In this document: piece by piece, positions 40,794 to 50,934 of the stretch
How positions within the stretch are numbered: position 1 is the stretch's first letter
How the letters are laid out: each line of letters opens with the position of its first letter
Assembly: GCA_003550725.1 (NCBI GenBank)
Contig: PUKZ01000097.1
Span: forward strand, 5,884 to 69,883
DNA: 64,000 bases
Origin: Bacteroidales bacterium
GTDB lineage: Bacteria; Bacteroidota; Bacteroidia; Bacteroidales; UBA7960
Reading direction: 5' to 3'
Notes under the pieces: model-generated
Databases searched by the model: none
Told to the model about the DNA's origin: nothing
Seen by the model: only the letters and a program-made list of their open reading frames with translations
Made by a program: the position numbers and the translations under genes

Positions 40794-41600
40794 ATGCCGG
40801 CTTTCTTAAAAATAGACGATTTTTCATGTGGCTACGAAAAGTTTGTTCTGAAACACATTAACTTTAAAATGGAACGTGGCGAGCTTACAGGTATAGTTGG
40901 ACCTAATGGCTCAGGTAAAACCACACTTTTCAGAGGGATAACCGGAGAGCTGGAAGCTAAAGAAGGATCGGTTTCTCTTAATGAAAAGACCTTGCAATCA
41001 ATGAGTTTCAAAGAAAAAGCAAAACACCTTGCCGTGGTTTCGCAGCATATAACCGCCACAGATATTAAGGTAGAGGACTATGTGTTGATGGGCCGTTTGC
41101 CACACAGAAAGAAATTTCAGTTTTTCGAAACTCCTCACGATTACCGCATTGCATATGAATATATGAAGCTTACCAATGTATATCATTTGAAAGACAAATT
41201 CATGTCAAAAATAAGCGGAGGTGAGCAGCAACTTGCCAATATTGCCAGAGCACTAACTCAGCAACCCGAACTGCTTCTCCTTGATGAGCCCACATCACAT
41301 CTTGATATTACCCACCAGGTGCAAATCTTGAATCTTATTCAAAAACTCAACCAGGAAATGCAACTTTCGGTATTGATGATTATTCATGACCTCAATCTTG
41401 CAGGCGAATATTGTGATTATTTGATCATGCTTAATGACGGTAAAATACACAGAAAAGGGCTGCCGGAAGAAGTTCTGAATTACAAAGACATAGAAGATGT
41501 TTATAAAACAGTAGTGGTAGTCAAAGAAAATCCGGTCTCAAAAAAACCCGCCGTTTTTCTTGTGTCAGAAAAAATCTTGAGTAACGAAAAAAGTTCATAG
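40794..41600 (+). CDS. ABC transporter ATP-binding protein, BtuD/FepC family
   Basis: GPNGSGKTT, ISGGE.Q, LLLDEPTSHLD, HDLN. Confidence 0.92.
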   Translation: MPAFLKIDDFSCGYEKFVLKHINFKMERGELTGIVGPNGSGKTTLFRGITGELEAKEGSVSLNEKTLQSMSFKEKAKHLAVVSQHITATDIKVEDYVLMGRLPHRKKFQFFETPHDYRIAYEYMKLTNVYHLKDKFMSKISGGEQQLANIARALTQQPELLLLDEPTSHLDITHQVQILNLIQKLNQEMQLSVLMIIHDLNLAGEYCDYLIMLNDGKIHRKGLPEEVLNYKDIEDVYKTVVVVKENPVSKKPAVFLVSEKILSNEKSS

Positions 41601-41908
41601 AATCTAAAGGACAATAATACAAAAATTTATTTGTGCTAAAAGACAAATGATACTGATAAAAAGGATAATATATGCTTAAATTATTCAAATAGTTTTATTT
41701 TTGAAAATATTTTGCTTGGGTTTAAATCGCTAATATAATAAAGAAGTAGTTTGTATTGATTTTTAAACTAACCTGTTTTATTATTGAGTTTTAAAACTAC
41801 CGCAAGATATAATTTGGATAATAGAATAATTATCAGAATACAATTATTTTTTCGTATAACGAATTATTTTGCTAAACAAATTTGATCACTAAAATAAACT
41901 AATAAAAC

Positions 41909-43621
41909 ATGAAAACTATATTAATAAGATATTTTTCTTTTTTAGCAGCTATTCTTTGCGTAAGTGTATTTCAGCTGTATTCTTATACTTATGATGGTGA
42001 CAAAAAGACGGCTTTGAAAGAAGAACAAATAGACAGTCTTTTTTCTGAATGGGATACAATTAAAAAACCGGGTGCTGCTGTGGCAGTGGTAAAAGATGGC
42101 AAAATGATTTATTCTGCCGGATATGGTTCTGCCAACCTCGAGTATGACATTCTTAATACCCCATCTACCGTATATCATATAGCTTCAGTTTCAAAGCAGT
42201 TTACGGTATTTGCAATCATGCTTTTGGAAAAAGATGGTAAATTATCGCTGGATGATGATATCAGGAAGTATATACCTGAGGTTCCTGATTTTGGTGAAAC
42301 CATTACAATCCGGCACCTTGCGAACCATACCAGTGGCCTGAGAGACCAGTGGAGCTTGCTTACAATGGCGGGCTGGCGCATGGATGATGTTATTACAACA
42401 GATCATGTTCTTAATCTTGTCAAAAAACAGAAGGAGTTAAATTTTAAACCCGGCGAAGAATATTTGTATTCGAATACGGGATTTACCTTACTTTCGGAGG
42501 TAGTATCGAGAGTTTCAGGGAAGTCGTTTGCCGAATTTACTGAAGAGAATATTTTTGAGCCATTAGGTATGTCAAATACATTATTCTATGATGATCACGA
42601 AAAAATTGTAAAAAACAGGGCATATTCATACTACTCTGATGATAATGTTTACAAAAAACGGGTGTTGAACTATGCAACTGCTGGGGCAACAAGCCTTTTT
42701 ACGACTGTTGAGGATTTGAGTAAGTGGGCTTTAAACTTTGAAAATTTTAAGGTAGGCAGTGAGGATATATTTGATTTGATGAGCACTAAAGACACACTGA
42801 ATAACGGTGAAACTTTTGGAGGTGCATTAGGCCAGTTTGTTGGTAAACACAGAGGATTAAAACAAATTCATCATGGAGGAGCGGACGCAGGCTACAGAAC
42901 GTATTTTGGCAGATTCCCTGAACAAAGATTTGCAGTAATAGTGTTTAGTAATTATGCTGCATTTAATCCCCGCCAAAAAGCTCTAAAAATAACCGACCTG
43001 TACCTGGAAGAATATTATACCGAAGATAAGCCGGTACCATTAAATGAAAAATACAAAAAAATAAGCCTTGATGCCGTACAACTTGAAAAATTCAGTGGCT
43101 ATTACTGGAATGATGAAAGAATACGTTCAATAAGAGTTAATATGAAAGATGATACTCTAAGATATTTTTTTAACGAAAACAGGTCAAGACCGTTAATGCC
43201 TGTCGGTGATAGCACCTTCCTTTTATCATACAGGGATGATTATCATAAGGTTGAATTTACCAATACTGCAGATGTAAAAACTATGGTAGTTACCGATAAA
43301 AGCGGTGATTCGGTAGTTTTTGGCTATTATGAGCCTGCAAAATATTCTGAAGCAGAATTAAAAGATTTTGCCGGGCTTTACTACAGCAAAGAACTGGAGA
43401 CATACTATGATTTTGAACCGGATGATGGTAACCTGACAGCAAACCATTTTAAAACGGGCGATGTAGTATTAAGACCCGTTAAAGACTCAATATTCAAAGG
43501 AGATAAGCATTACCTGAGGAAAATAGAGTTTGTTAATGAAAATGATAAAATCATTGGTTTTAAAGCTTCTACCGGAAGAGTAAGAAACTTGTTTTTTAAA
43601 AAGCTTTCTTCTTCAGACTAA
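41909..43621 (+). CDS. Secreted serine hydrolase, beta-lactamase/D-aminopeptidase family
   Basis: Signal peptide, ASVSK (SxxK), HTSG, YSN, HGGA; C-terminal beta domains. Confidence 0.88.
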   Translation: MKTILIRYFSFLAAILCVSVFQLYSYTYDGDKKTALKEEQIDSLFSEWDTIKKPGAAVAVVKDGKMIYSAGYGSANLEYDILNTPSTVYHIASVSKQFTVFAIMLLEKDGKLSLDDDIRKYIPEVPDFGETITIRHLANHTSGLRDQWSLLTMAGWRMDDVITTDHVLNLVKKQKELNFKPGEEYLYSNTGFTLLSEVVSRVSGKSFAEFTEENIFEPLGMSNTLFYDDHEKIVKNRAYSYYSDDNVYKKRVLNYATAGATSLFTTVEDLSKWALNFENFKVGSEDIFDLMSTKDTLNNGETFGGALGQFVGKHRGLKQIHHGGADAGYRTYFGRFPEQRFAVIVFSNYAAFNPRQKALKITDLYLEEYYTEDKPVPLNEKYKKISLDAVQLEKFSGYYWNDERIRSIRVNMKDDTLRYFFNENRSRPLMPVGDSTFLLSYRDDYHKVEFTNTADVKTMVVTDKSGDSVVFGYYEPAKYSEAELKDFAGLYYSKELETYYDFEPDDGNLTANHFKTGDVVLRPVKDSIFKGDKHYLRKIEFVNENDKIIGFKASTGRVRNLFFKKLSSSD

Positions 43622-43900
43622 TAATTCTGGCGATTATGAACCATGGAAACAAAAGTTGATTTAAAAATTTATGGTTAATATGGATGCTCAGAATGCTACG
43701 GATGAAAACGTAAAACTAATTTTGGAAAAGATTGCAAACAATGGCGACACAATTGTCAAATCCTTAATGATAATTTCGATACAGATGAAATAATAGAGGA
43801 TAGAGCAATAAACAAACTTTTGTTTATCAGGAAAAAAAATGTTGTAGAAAAATTTGTTATTTCTCTTCGCTTTTGAGTGTTTTAATAGTAAAAAATATTT

Positions 43901-44704
43901 ATGCACGAAGATGTCAGAAAATATTATAACAATCATGTAAAAGAAGAAGATAATCGTTTAAGTGATCATCCTTTTGAGGTTCCTGTTCTTCTTCATTTTA
44001 TTGAAAGGTATTTGGTGCCGGGCCGGTATTTGTTTGATGTTGCTTGTGGTACCGGCCGCATTGCCCAATTGTTGTTAAATCAGGGATATTACTTAGGATT
44101 AAACGACCTTTCGGATAAAAATATTGATCTTGTCAATCAGCGTCTTGAAAATCATCGTGGCCTTCTTTTTACTGAACGGGCAGATGCACTGAAGAGTAAA
44201 GGATGGAGTAAAAAAATGTGGGATGGTATTCTCATACTGGGTCCTTTATATCATATGTTAAGCAAAAGAAATCGTCTCAGATTACTTTCTTTGGCTTATG
44301 AACACCTGAAGCCCGGTGGATATGTGTTTTCTTCTTTTATGACGCGGGCTGGCGCATTGGTATACGGTATAAAAAATAACCCACGTGGAATATTATATCC
44401 CGATGGAGTTGAAAAACTTTGGAATACAGGTTCAGACAAAAGCTTTGTCGAAGCTACCAAATGGTTTACCCATGCTTATTTTGCTCATCCCGAAGAGGTT
44501 ACTCCACTGGTTAAGCAAGCCGGTCTAAAACCGTTGCATCTGGCCGGTGCAGAAGGAGTTTTTGGAGAAAGATTTGAATTGTATCATCAATTAGATGAAG
44601 AGCTAAAAGAGCCCTGGATGGACTTTATTATTCGTAACTGTGAAGATCCCCACATGGTTCAGCAATCAAAGCACCTTCTCAGTGTTGCACAAAAACCTTT
44701 ATAA
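43901..44704 (+). CDS. Class I SAM-dependent methyltransferase
   Basis: FDVACGTGR, DLS, LGPLYH, LKPGG. Confidence 0.85.
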   Translation: MHEDVRKYYNNHVKEEDNRLSDHPFEVPVLLHFIERYLVPGRYLFDVACGTGRIAQLLLNQGYYLGLNDLSDKNIDLVNQRLENHRGLLFTERADALKSKGWSKKMWDGILILGPLYHMLSKRNRLRLLSLAYEHLKPGGYVFSSFMTRAGALVYGIKNNPRGILYPDGVEKLWNTGSDKSFVEATKWFTHAYFAHPEEVTPLVKQAGLKPLHLAGAEGVFGERFELYHQLDEELKEPWMDFIIRNCEDPHMVQQSKHLLSVAQKPL

Positions 44705-44829
44705 AAGTGCTGCAAATAATGGTTTTGTATTTTGCTTTTTGGGTTTGAAATCAAAAAATTGGGGCAGCTCAGCTTATAATTGAATACAGCTGGAATTAAC
44801 CCGGGGTTCACAGGTGTTTTTTGTAAGTT

Positions 44830-45561
44830 TTAAAAGTTTAAAATAAGCCCGATATTAGCAACATTTATCAGCGTAAAATTATATACCTCTTCAACATCAG
44901 CCCCGCCTTCTAAAAACCTGTATGCACCTTTTACGGTCAAATAATCAGTCAGGGGCACTTTGCATCCTGCAGAAAAATCAAAAGCCCTGCCAGGACCACC
45001 TGCCAATCCATCTCCTTCAAAGTAGGCAGTTAAACCGTTTATATTATATGCTGCAAAAATGTTTAATAAAGGAACAAAACCAAGGTCGTCTTTTTTATCA
45101 CTTAAATCATCAGTGCTTAGCTTAATCCTGGCATCCCTTATTTTTGCAGTAAAACCAACACCTAAAGTCCATCTTTCAGTAAGCAGCAAATCCCTCCTGT
45201 ATGTCAAACGGTAACTGTTGAATTTGTATAACCCTTCAATATAACTGCCCTCGGAAAAAACAGTGTTCTGAAAATTAATATCGTATGGTGCCGGCCCTTC
45301 ATAATTAATGGTTAAAGGAGCATATAATAAAAATAAATGGTTCTTTTCTGCAAAGTTGTAACCGGCCCTTAAACTAACAGGAATTACCGGACCCTCTATT
45401 TCAAAATCTTTATTGAAGTCAAACTTTGTGCCCGTTTCGCTTGGTATCCTTACGTCATTATAGCCCTGAAAAGCAAACCCGGCAGTTAAATCCAAACTCC
45501 ATTGAGAATAAACCTGCGTGAAAGGAATAAAAAAAATTAATAATAAAATGTGTTTTAACAT
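44830..45561 (-). CDS. Outer-membrane beta-barrel protein (unknown function)
   Basis: Signal peptide ending YS-Q, amphipathic beta strands, C-terminal Phe. Confidence 0.7.
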   Translation of the reverse strand: MLKHILLLIFFIPFTQVYSQWSLDLTAGFAFQGYNDVRIPSETGTKFDFNKDFEIEGPVIPVSLRAGYNFAEKNHLFLLYAPLTINYEGPAPYDINFQNTVFSEGSYIEGLYKFNSYRLTYRRDLLLTERWTLGVGFTAKIRDARIKLSTDDLSDKKDDLGFVPLLNIFAAYNINGLTAYFEGDGLAGGPGRAFDFSAGCKVPLTDYLTVKGAYRFLEGGADVEEVYNFTLINVANIGLILNF

Positions 45562-46107
45562 AGTCCTGACTTTTTAAATAAAAATGGAAAATTACTGCTA
45601 ACTTTTTGTTGAGTTATTTAATTACTGATTATTTCAAGCCATTCATTATACATATATTGCTAATACATCAGCCAAATTTAATAAAAAATTAAGATAGTAA
45701 AAGACTTATTTTAAAATAAGATATATTATCTAAAAATATTAAATTCTTTATCAATTTTTGTCAAATAAGACATGAAGTTTAATTTTTAATCTGAAAGTAG
45801 TGATATAATTTGGTTATAAAAATTTTTATGCGGGAATAAAATCATAATAACTTGACTTCAGGGTTTGGTTTGTTTAAATTTGATGTTAATTTAATCAAAA
45901 TTCAAATTATCAGCTTTAAAATTTATCCTAACTTTTTTGGCTTGTCGGGCAATTTCGGGCAATTAAAAAAAATATTTCTGCAATTTCCGGGATTTCTTGA
46001 TTGTTTCAATTGTCAGAAAAGTATATAAGTATATGTGTCTTAAACCACAAAAAATATTTTGTAATCAGAAAAGCCTTATGAGTGGGGTAATTAAATAGAA
46101 AAAGTTT

Positions 46108-47310
46108 ATGGAACAGAAAAAGCCAACCAGGTATTTGGTCACATACAGAAAGCAAAAAGTTGATTTGACTAAGGCAAGCAGTATTTTGGGCGTAGCAAGG
46201 AGCAGATGCAAGCATGGTGTTTCTTTTATGGGAAAAGAAGCCACTCCAAAGAAAGATGATGTTATTCATTTCGAAAATCTTGTTATCACTTCGATAGAAT
46301 TAAATGAAGAGGAACGTTTGTTACTGGCCGGGAAAAAAGAAGTTTTGGCAATAGAAGAAGATATTGATGTTAATGTTCTTTTGCCGACTGCTCCTCATCA
46401 TAATAAGAATAAACCTGTTCAATCAACTACTTCGCCGCCAAATAAAAATTATCCATGGAATATGAATATGGTTAAGGTACCTGAAGCCTGGGAAAGGGGT
46501 TTTAAAGGCAAAAATGTTAAAGTGGCGGTATTGGATACAGGAATAGCCAATCACCATGGTCTTGTTGTATCAGGTGGTGCATCTTTTGTTGATGGGGTAA
46601 GCAGTTATGATGACGGGCATAGTCATGGCACTCATGTTGCGGGAATTATTGGTGCTCGTGGCGACAATATTGATGCTGTTGGTGTAGCTCCTATGTCTGA
46701 TTTATATGCCGTAAAGGTTCTACGTGATACAGGAAGCGGGTTAATGTCGTGGGTTATTGCAGGTTTAGAGTGGTGTATTAATAATAAGATACATATTGCA
46801 AACCTTAGTCTTGGCTCTCCTGTGAGGCCCAGAATAGCTTATGCTTCTGCCATCGAAAAATGTCAGGATAATGGTATCACCATAATTGCCGCTGCAGGTA
46901 ATTCAGGAAACTCAGCATTCCCTTACGTTGGATCACCTGCAAACTCATATTTGCGTTCATCATCCAAAGCCAGCCCTATTGCAGTAGGTTCGGTTGACCA
47001 AAACAGCTATATTGACTCATCTTCTTCAAGAGGGTCTGAACATAATGAGTGGAATGTTGTAACTGTTGTTGCACCGGGAGTTAGGATACGATCAACAGTT
47101 TTAAATAATGAATATGCACTAAATTCAGGAACAAGCATGGCATGCCCACATGTATCAGGCCTGGCGGCTTTGATTTATGAAAAATACCCGGGAATAAGCC
47201 CGATAAATGTTGCACGTATGATTACTATTACGGCAACCTACATGGGAAATGGGGCATACCAGTCAGCATTCGGATCCGGCTTAATAAATTGTGATAAGGC
47301 TACACTGTAA
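46108..47310 (+). CDS. Subtilisin-family (S8) serine protease with propeptide, no evident signal peptide
   Basis: VAVLDTG, HGTHVAG, AAAGN, SGTSMACPHVSG catalytic motifs. Confidence 0.93.
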   Translation: MEQKKPTRYLVTYRKQKVDLTKASSILGVARSRCKHGVSFMGKEATPKKDDVIHFENLVITSIELNEEERLLLAGKKEVLAIEEDIDVNVLLPTAPHHNKNKPVQSTTSPPNKNYPWNMNMVKVPEAWERGFKGKNVKVAVLDTGIANHHGLVVSGGASFVDGVSSYDDGHSHGTHVAGIIGARGDNIDAVGVAPMSDLYAVKVLRDTGSGLMSWVIAGLEWCINNKIHIANLSLGSPVRPRIAYASAIEKCQDNGITIIAAAGNSGNSAFPYVGSPANSYLRSSSKASPIAVGSVDQNSYIDSSSSRGSEHNEWNVVTVVAPGVRIRSTVLNNEYALNSGTSMACPHVSGLAALIYEKYPGISPINVARMITITATYMGNGAYQSAFGSGLINCDKATL

Positions 47311-47347
47311 ATATAGAAACAGCAAAAATAAAAAACAAATTAAACAT

Positions 47348-47587
47348 ATGAAGGAGAAAATATCAAAAGATCTGCTTGAATCTGCCAGAAAAAAGCCCAA
47401 AGCAACATTCAAAATAATTGTGTTTGTAAATAAAGACGAGGATGTTAGTAAACTGCCCCTGAAAGATTTTAAAACATATATGGGCAACCTTTTGTCGGCA
47501 AATGCCAGCGGTGAAGAGATTACAAAACTTGCCTGTATTGATTCTGTTAAATCTATTGAAATAGACGAGGAAGTTAGTACACTTTAG
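47348..47587 (+). CDS. Small stand-alone subtilisin-propeptide (I9)-like protein
   Basis: 79 aa from the ATG at 47348; IIVFV strand and C-terminal VKSIEIDEEVSTL resemble the neighbouring protease's propeptide end VLAIEEDIDVNVL. Confidence 0.55.
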   Translation: MKEKISKDLLESARKKPKATFKIIVFVNKDEDVSKLPLKDFKTYMGNLLSANASGEEITKLACIDSVKSIEIDEEVSTL

Positions 47588-47640
47588 TTGAACAAAATGA
47601 GTTTTTAATACCCTTGAAAAAAGTCAAACAAATATTGCAT

Positions 47641-48906
47641 TTATCCAAATAAAAAGTGTTCAGCATTATTATTGGCTAATTTTTTATAATACAGGTCCTT
47701 TTGTGTATTACAGGAAAAGTCAGTATATACATTATTGATTCCTTTTTGTATATGGTTTATGATTGTTTTTTTCCAGTTTTTATTGCCTGAGCCAAAATGA
47801 GCAAAATTTATTTTTAAACCGGGGTATTTAGCCAAAACTTCTGACCATTGTTTAGCAGGATTTGAAAACTCTTTGTAGCTGTTTTCAACCAGGAACCCCC
47901 CTGTGCTGCAATGCACAATTATTGGGATGTTTTTATTAACAGATATTTCATAAAGCAATTCCACTTTTTTGCGTTCATCATATTCTGTTGGCCAAGGTTC
48001 AAAACCTAAGGGCGGATAAAGTTTGATGCCGGCAAATATGTTTTTACATTCATTATAATCATCAAGATCATAATTAAATTCACCCATTTTATTGTAGAGC
48101 ATGGTTTTTCTCTTTATTGCCAAATCTTCTTTATCAAAATCGCCAAAATACTTTAATAGAAGCGTTTCTACTTCTTTAAGCGTGTAATTCTTAGTGTTTA
48201 TACCCATAAAAGGATATATTTCAAATAATTTTGCTTCTTTGCCTTCACTATTTTCGGTTATTTTAAATTTGTTTATACCATGCTCATTTTTGATTGAAAT
48301 AGTTTTGCTGAAATATGTTCTTATAGCAATTAACAAATCAATGGTTTGAAGTTTAATGGGTTTTTCCGGAGGAATGTTATAGAAAATATTGCCGCTTTTC
48401 AAGTTTTTATAACCAAAATCCATTATTAGTGGGCAAAGTACAATTTTATTAAATTTGGTGTTTCCGATTGTAAATGTATTATCACTTGCTACTATTTTGG
48501 GGTTTCTGTTTTTTAGAAAATATTCGGTTATCAAAAAGTCATACTTTGTTGAACTTTCCATAAAAGAAAGCAGGTTTCTGATTTTGTTTGTACTGTCAAT
48601 AAACCTGCCCGGAATAATTTTATTTTTTATAAAATCATATAATGACTTTGTCAAACGGGAATTAGGAAAACTGACCGAAATAATTAATATAACAGTAGTT
48701 ACTAAAATAATGAGGGGTAGTAAAATAAGTAACAATACAGGTAATAAAAATAAAGTTATTATTTTTTTAAAAATTGTTAGCCCGGCCAGTTTATTTTTAA
48801 TAATATTTGCTAATCCTTCTTTTATAAACCTGTTAATAAATGCTGTGATGTTTGCATGGCTTAGATCCATGGCATGGAAGTGGATATCATAAAGTTTTTT
48901 TGACAT
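47641..48906 (-). pseudogene. Amidohydrolase_2-family protein with TM insertion, apparently C-terminally truncated
   Basis: YDIHFH, GIKLYPPLG, IIVHCS, INFAHFG, VYTDFS present; stop immediately after LFG where the family's GSD/GTD Asp is expected. Confidence 0.6.
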
Positions 48907-49020
48907 CACCGGTGTATTTACAGTTTAATTTATTAGTTTTCTTTTGTTCGGCCACCCCCGCCATAGTGTCATTATGTTATTTTTTTAAATGGCGAGGGTT
49001 TATATAGTTTCCGGGTCGAA

Positions 49021-49959
49021 CTATTTTTCTGCTTTTTCAATAATCTTATTATCCGCCTCTACCTTTAGAGGATCTATATCACTACCCCAATAAATAGTAG
49101 TATGAGGGAATGGTATTTCTATATTGTTTTTATCAAAAGCTATCTTTAATCTTTTTCTGTATTCCCTGCCGGTACTCCATTGATATATTGGCTTTGTTTT
49201 AATACGAGCTTTTATTACTAAAGCACTGTTTGCAAATTCATTTAATCCAAAAATCTCTATAGGCTCAATTATTTCATTTTTAAACTCAGGATCATTTTGG
49301 AGTTCATCACCTACATGTTTCATTATATCCATTACCTTTTGAGTATCTTCTTTGTAAGCTACTCCAATATCCAATACAATTGCAGACCAGTCTTTTGTCA
49401 TATTTGAAACGCTGTTTATTTTACCATTCTGGAAAATATGCACTGTACCAGCAAGGTCGCGAAGTGTAATGGTTCTGAGTTCAATCTTTTCTACTAATCC
49501 GGCTGTACCGTTAATTACGGCAATATCTCCGGCACGTATCTGGTCTTCAAGAAGGATGAAAAGCCCTGAAATATAGTCTCTGACCAGCTCCTGGGCACCA
49601 AATCCAATAGCTAAACCAATAACACCGGCACTGGCCAATACTGGAGCTATGCTGATGCCAAACCTTGGCATTATCATAATTATAAATACAGTCCATAATA
49701 CAACCTTTAATAATCCATGAGCAATACTCGTTAAAGTTACAATCCTTTTGATTGACTCATCCGGATCTTCATTTTTAAATAATTTATTAACACGCTTTAT
49801 CAGTTTATTTTTAAGCTTACGAATTAAAAATTTTAATACAATTAATGCTATAATAAATAGCACTATAGTAACTATTAATCCCGGCAGTTCGTAAATAACC
49901 CAGTTTCTTATAACATTAAAAATGTCGTTGTAAAATTTGTGGTTTATAATGTTTTCCAT
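49021..49959 (-). CDS. Small-conductance mechanosensitive channel (MscS/YbiO family)
   Basis: AGVIGLAIGFGAQELVRD.ISG, GD......G.VE.I.LR, IEIPFP. Confidence 0.92.
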   Translation of the reverse strand: MENIINHKFYNDIFNVIRNWVIYELPGLIVTIVLFIIALIVLKFLIRKLKNKLIKRVNKLFKNEDPDESIKRIVTLTSIAHGLLKVVLWTVFIIMIMPRFGISIAPVLASAGVIGLAIGFGAQELVRDYISGLFILLEDQIRAGDIAVINGTAGLVEKIELRTITLRDLAGTVHIFQNGKINSVSNMTKDWSAIVLDIGVAYKEDTQKVMDIMKHVGDELQNDPEFKNEIIEPIEIFGLNEFANSALVIKARIKTKPIYQWSTGREYRKRLKIAFDKNNIEIPFPHTTIYWGSDIDPLKVEADNKIIEKAEK

Positions 49960-50313
49960 AACAAGTAGTTTTTAATATTTGTTTTCAGACATTTTTTTAA
50001 TTTCAAAATCAATAATTAAACTTTATTTCTACCCGGTTGTTATTCCTGGCATAAATGTAATATTTTATTAAATATTTATATGCATAATATTTAATAATTT
50101 GAATTTTTTTTTGCTGACTTTCTGGTTATTCTAAACATTTTTGTCTGTTAAAGAGCCGACTTAAATTTTATAGATCAGTTGATTATGTTGGCTTATTATT
50201 TTTTTGGGTTTTGTTTATTGTTTGATGTATTTTTCAATGTATTGATAATATGATAGCTATAGGTTTAATTTGCTTTATTTTCAATAGTTTTTGAATATTA
50301 TAAGTAATTCCTT

Positions 50314-50338
50314 TACCTTTGTAGTTTAAATAAATTTG
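50314..50338 (+). promoter_or_regulatory. Bacteroidota -7 promoter boxes upstream of hdrC
   Basis: TACCTTTG (50314-50321) and TAAATTTG (50331-50338). Confidence 0.5.
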
Positions 50339-50351
50339 CATAAAATTATTT

Positions 50352-50873
50352 ATGGAATTCAACGAACTAGAGAAGAAAAAGATTTTATACAAGGAGACTA
50401 CTCTTTGCTATCAATGTGGTAAGTGTTCAAGTGGATGCCCGTTAGTTGAAGAAATGGATATGTTTCCTCATATAGTTATTCATTTAGCATCTCTTGGTTT
50501 GGAGGAAAAAGTATTGAATACCGATACTATATGGATTTGTGCCAGCTGTTATGCATGCGCTGTTAAATGTCCCAATGATATTGAAATTCCCGGTATAATG
50601 AACCAGCTTAAGCAGATGGCTGTCGAAAAAGGTCTTAAACCTAAAAGGAATGAGATATACAAATTTCATAAGACTTTTACGGGTGATATTTTAAGAAGGG
50701 GAAAAGTGCATGAATTTAGAATCATGTTGGAATATAATTTACGTTTAGGTAAGCCTTTCAAAAATGCTATGTTAGGTCCAAAGATGCTTTTCAAGAACAA
50801 ACTGCATTTTACTCCCCCGAAAGAGGTCAAGGGTTTTCGCAAGTGGCTGGAAAAAGCTAATCGTAAGGGTTGA
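50352..50873 (+). CDS. hdrC: Heterodisulfide reductase subunit C-like 2x[4Fe-4S] protein
   Basis: CYQCGKCSSGCP and WICASCYACAVKCP. Confidence 0.92.
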   Translation: MEFNELEKKKILYKETTLCYQCGKCSSGCPLVEEMDMFPHIVIHLASLGLEEKVLNTDTIWICASCYACAVKCPNDIEIPGIMNQLKQMAVEKGLKPKRNEIYKFHKTFTGDILRRGKVHEFRIMLEYNLRLGKPFKNAMLGPKMLFKNKLHFTPPKEVKGFRKWLEKANRKG

Positions 50874-50934
50874 CCGGGTGGAGATAGTTTTATCTTTGTG
50901 AAAAAAGCTTTTTTTTCGGAATAAATGATTTGCT

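Noticed and set aside
43637-43800. Short plus-strand ORF fragments and the 82-aa antisense ORF after the serine hydrolase
   Set aside because: No family recognisable; possibly a gene remnant but unsupported.
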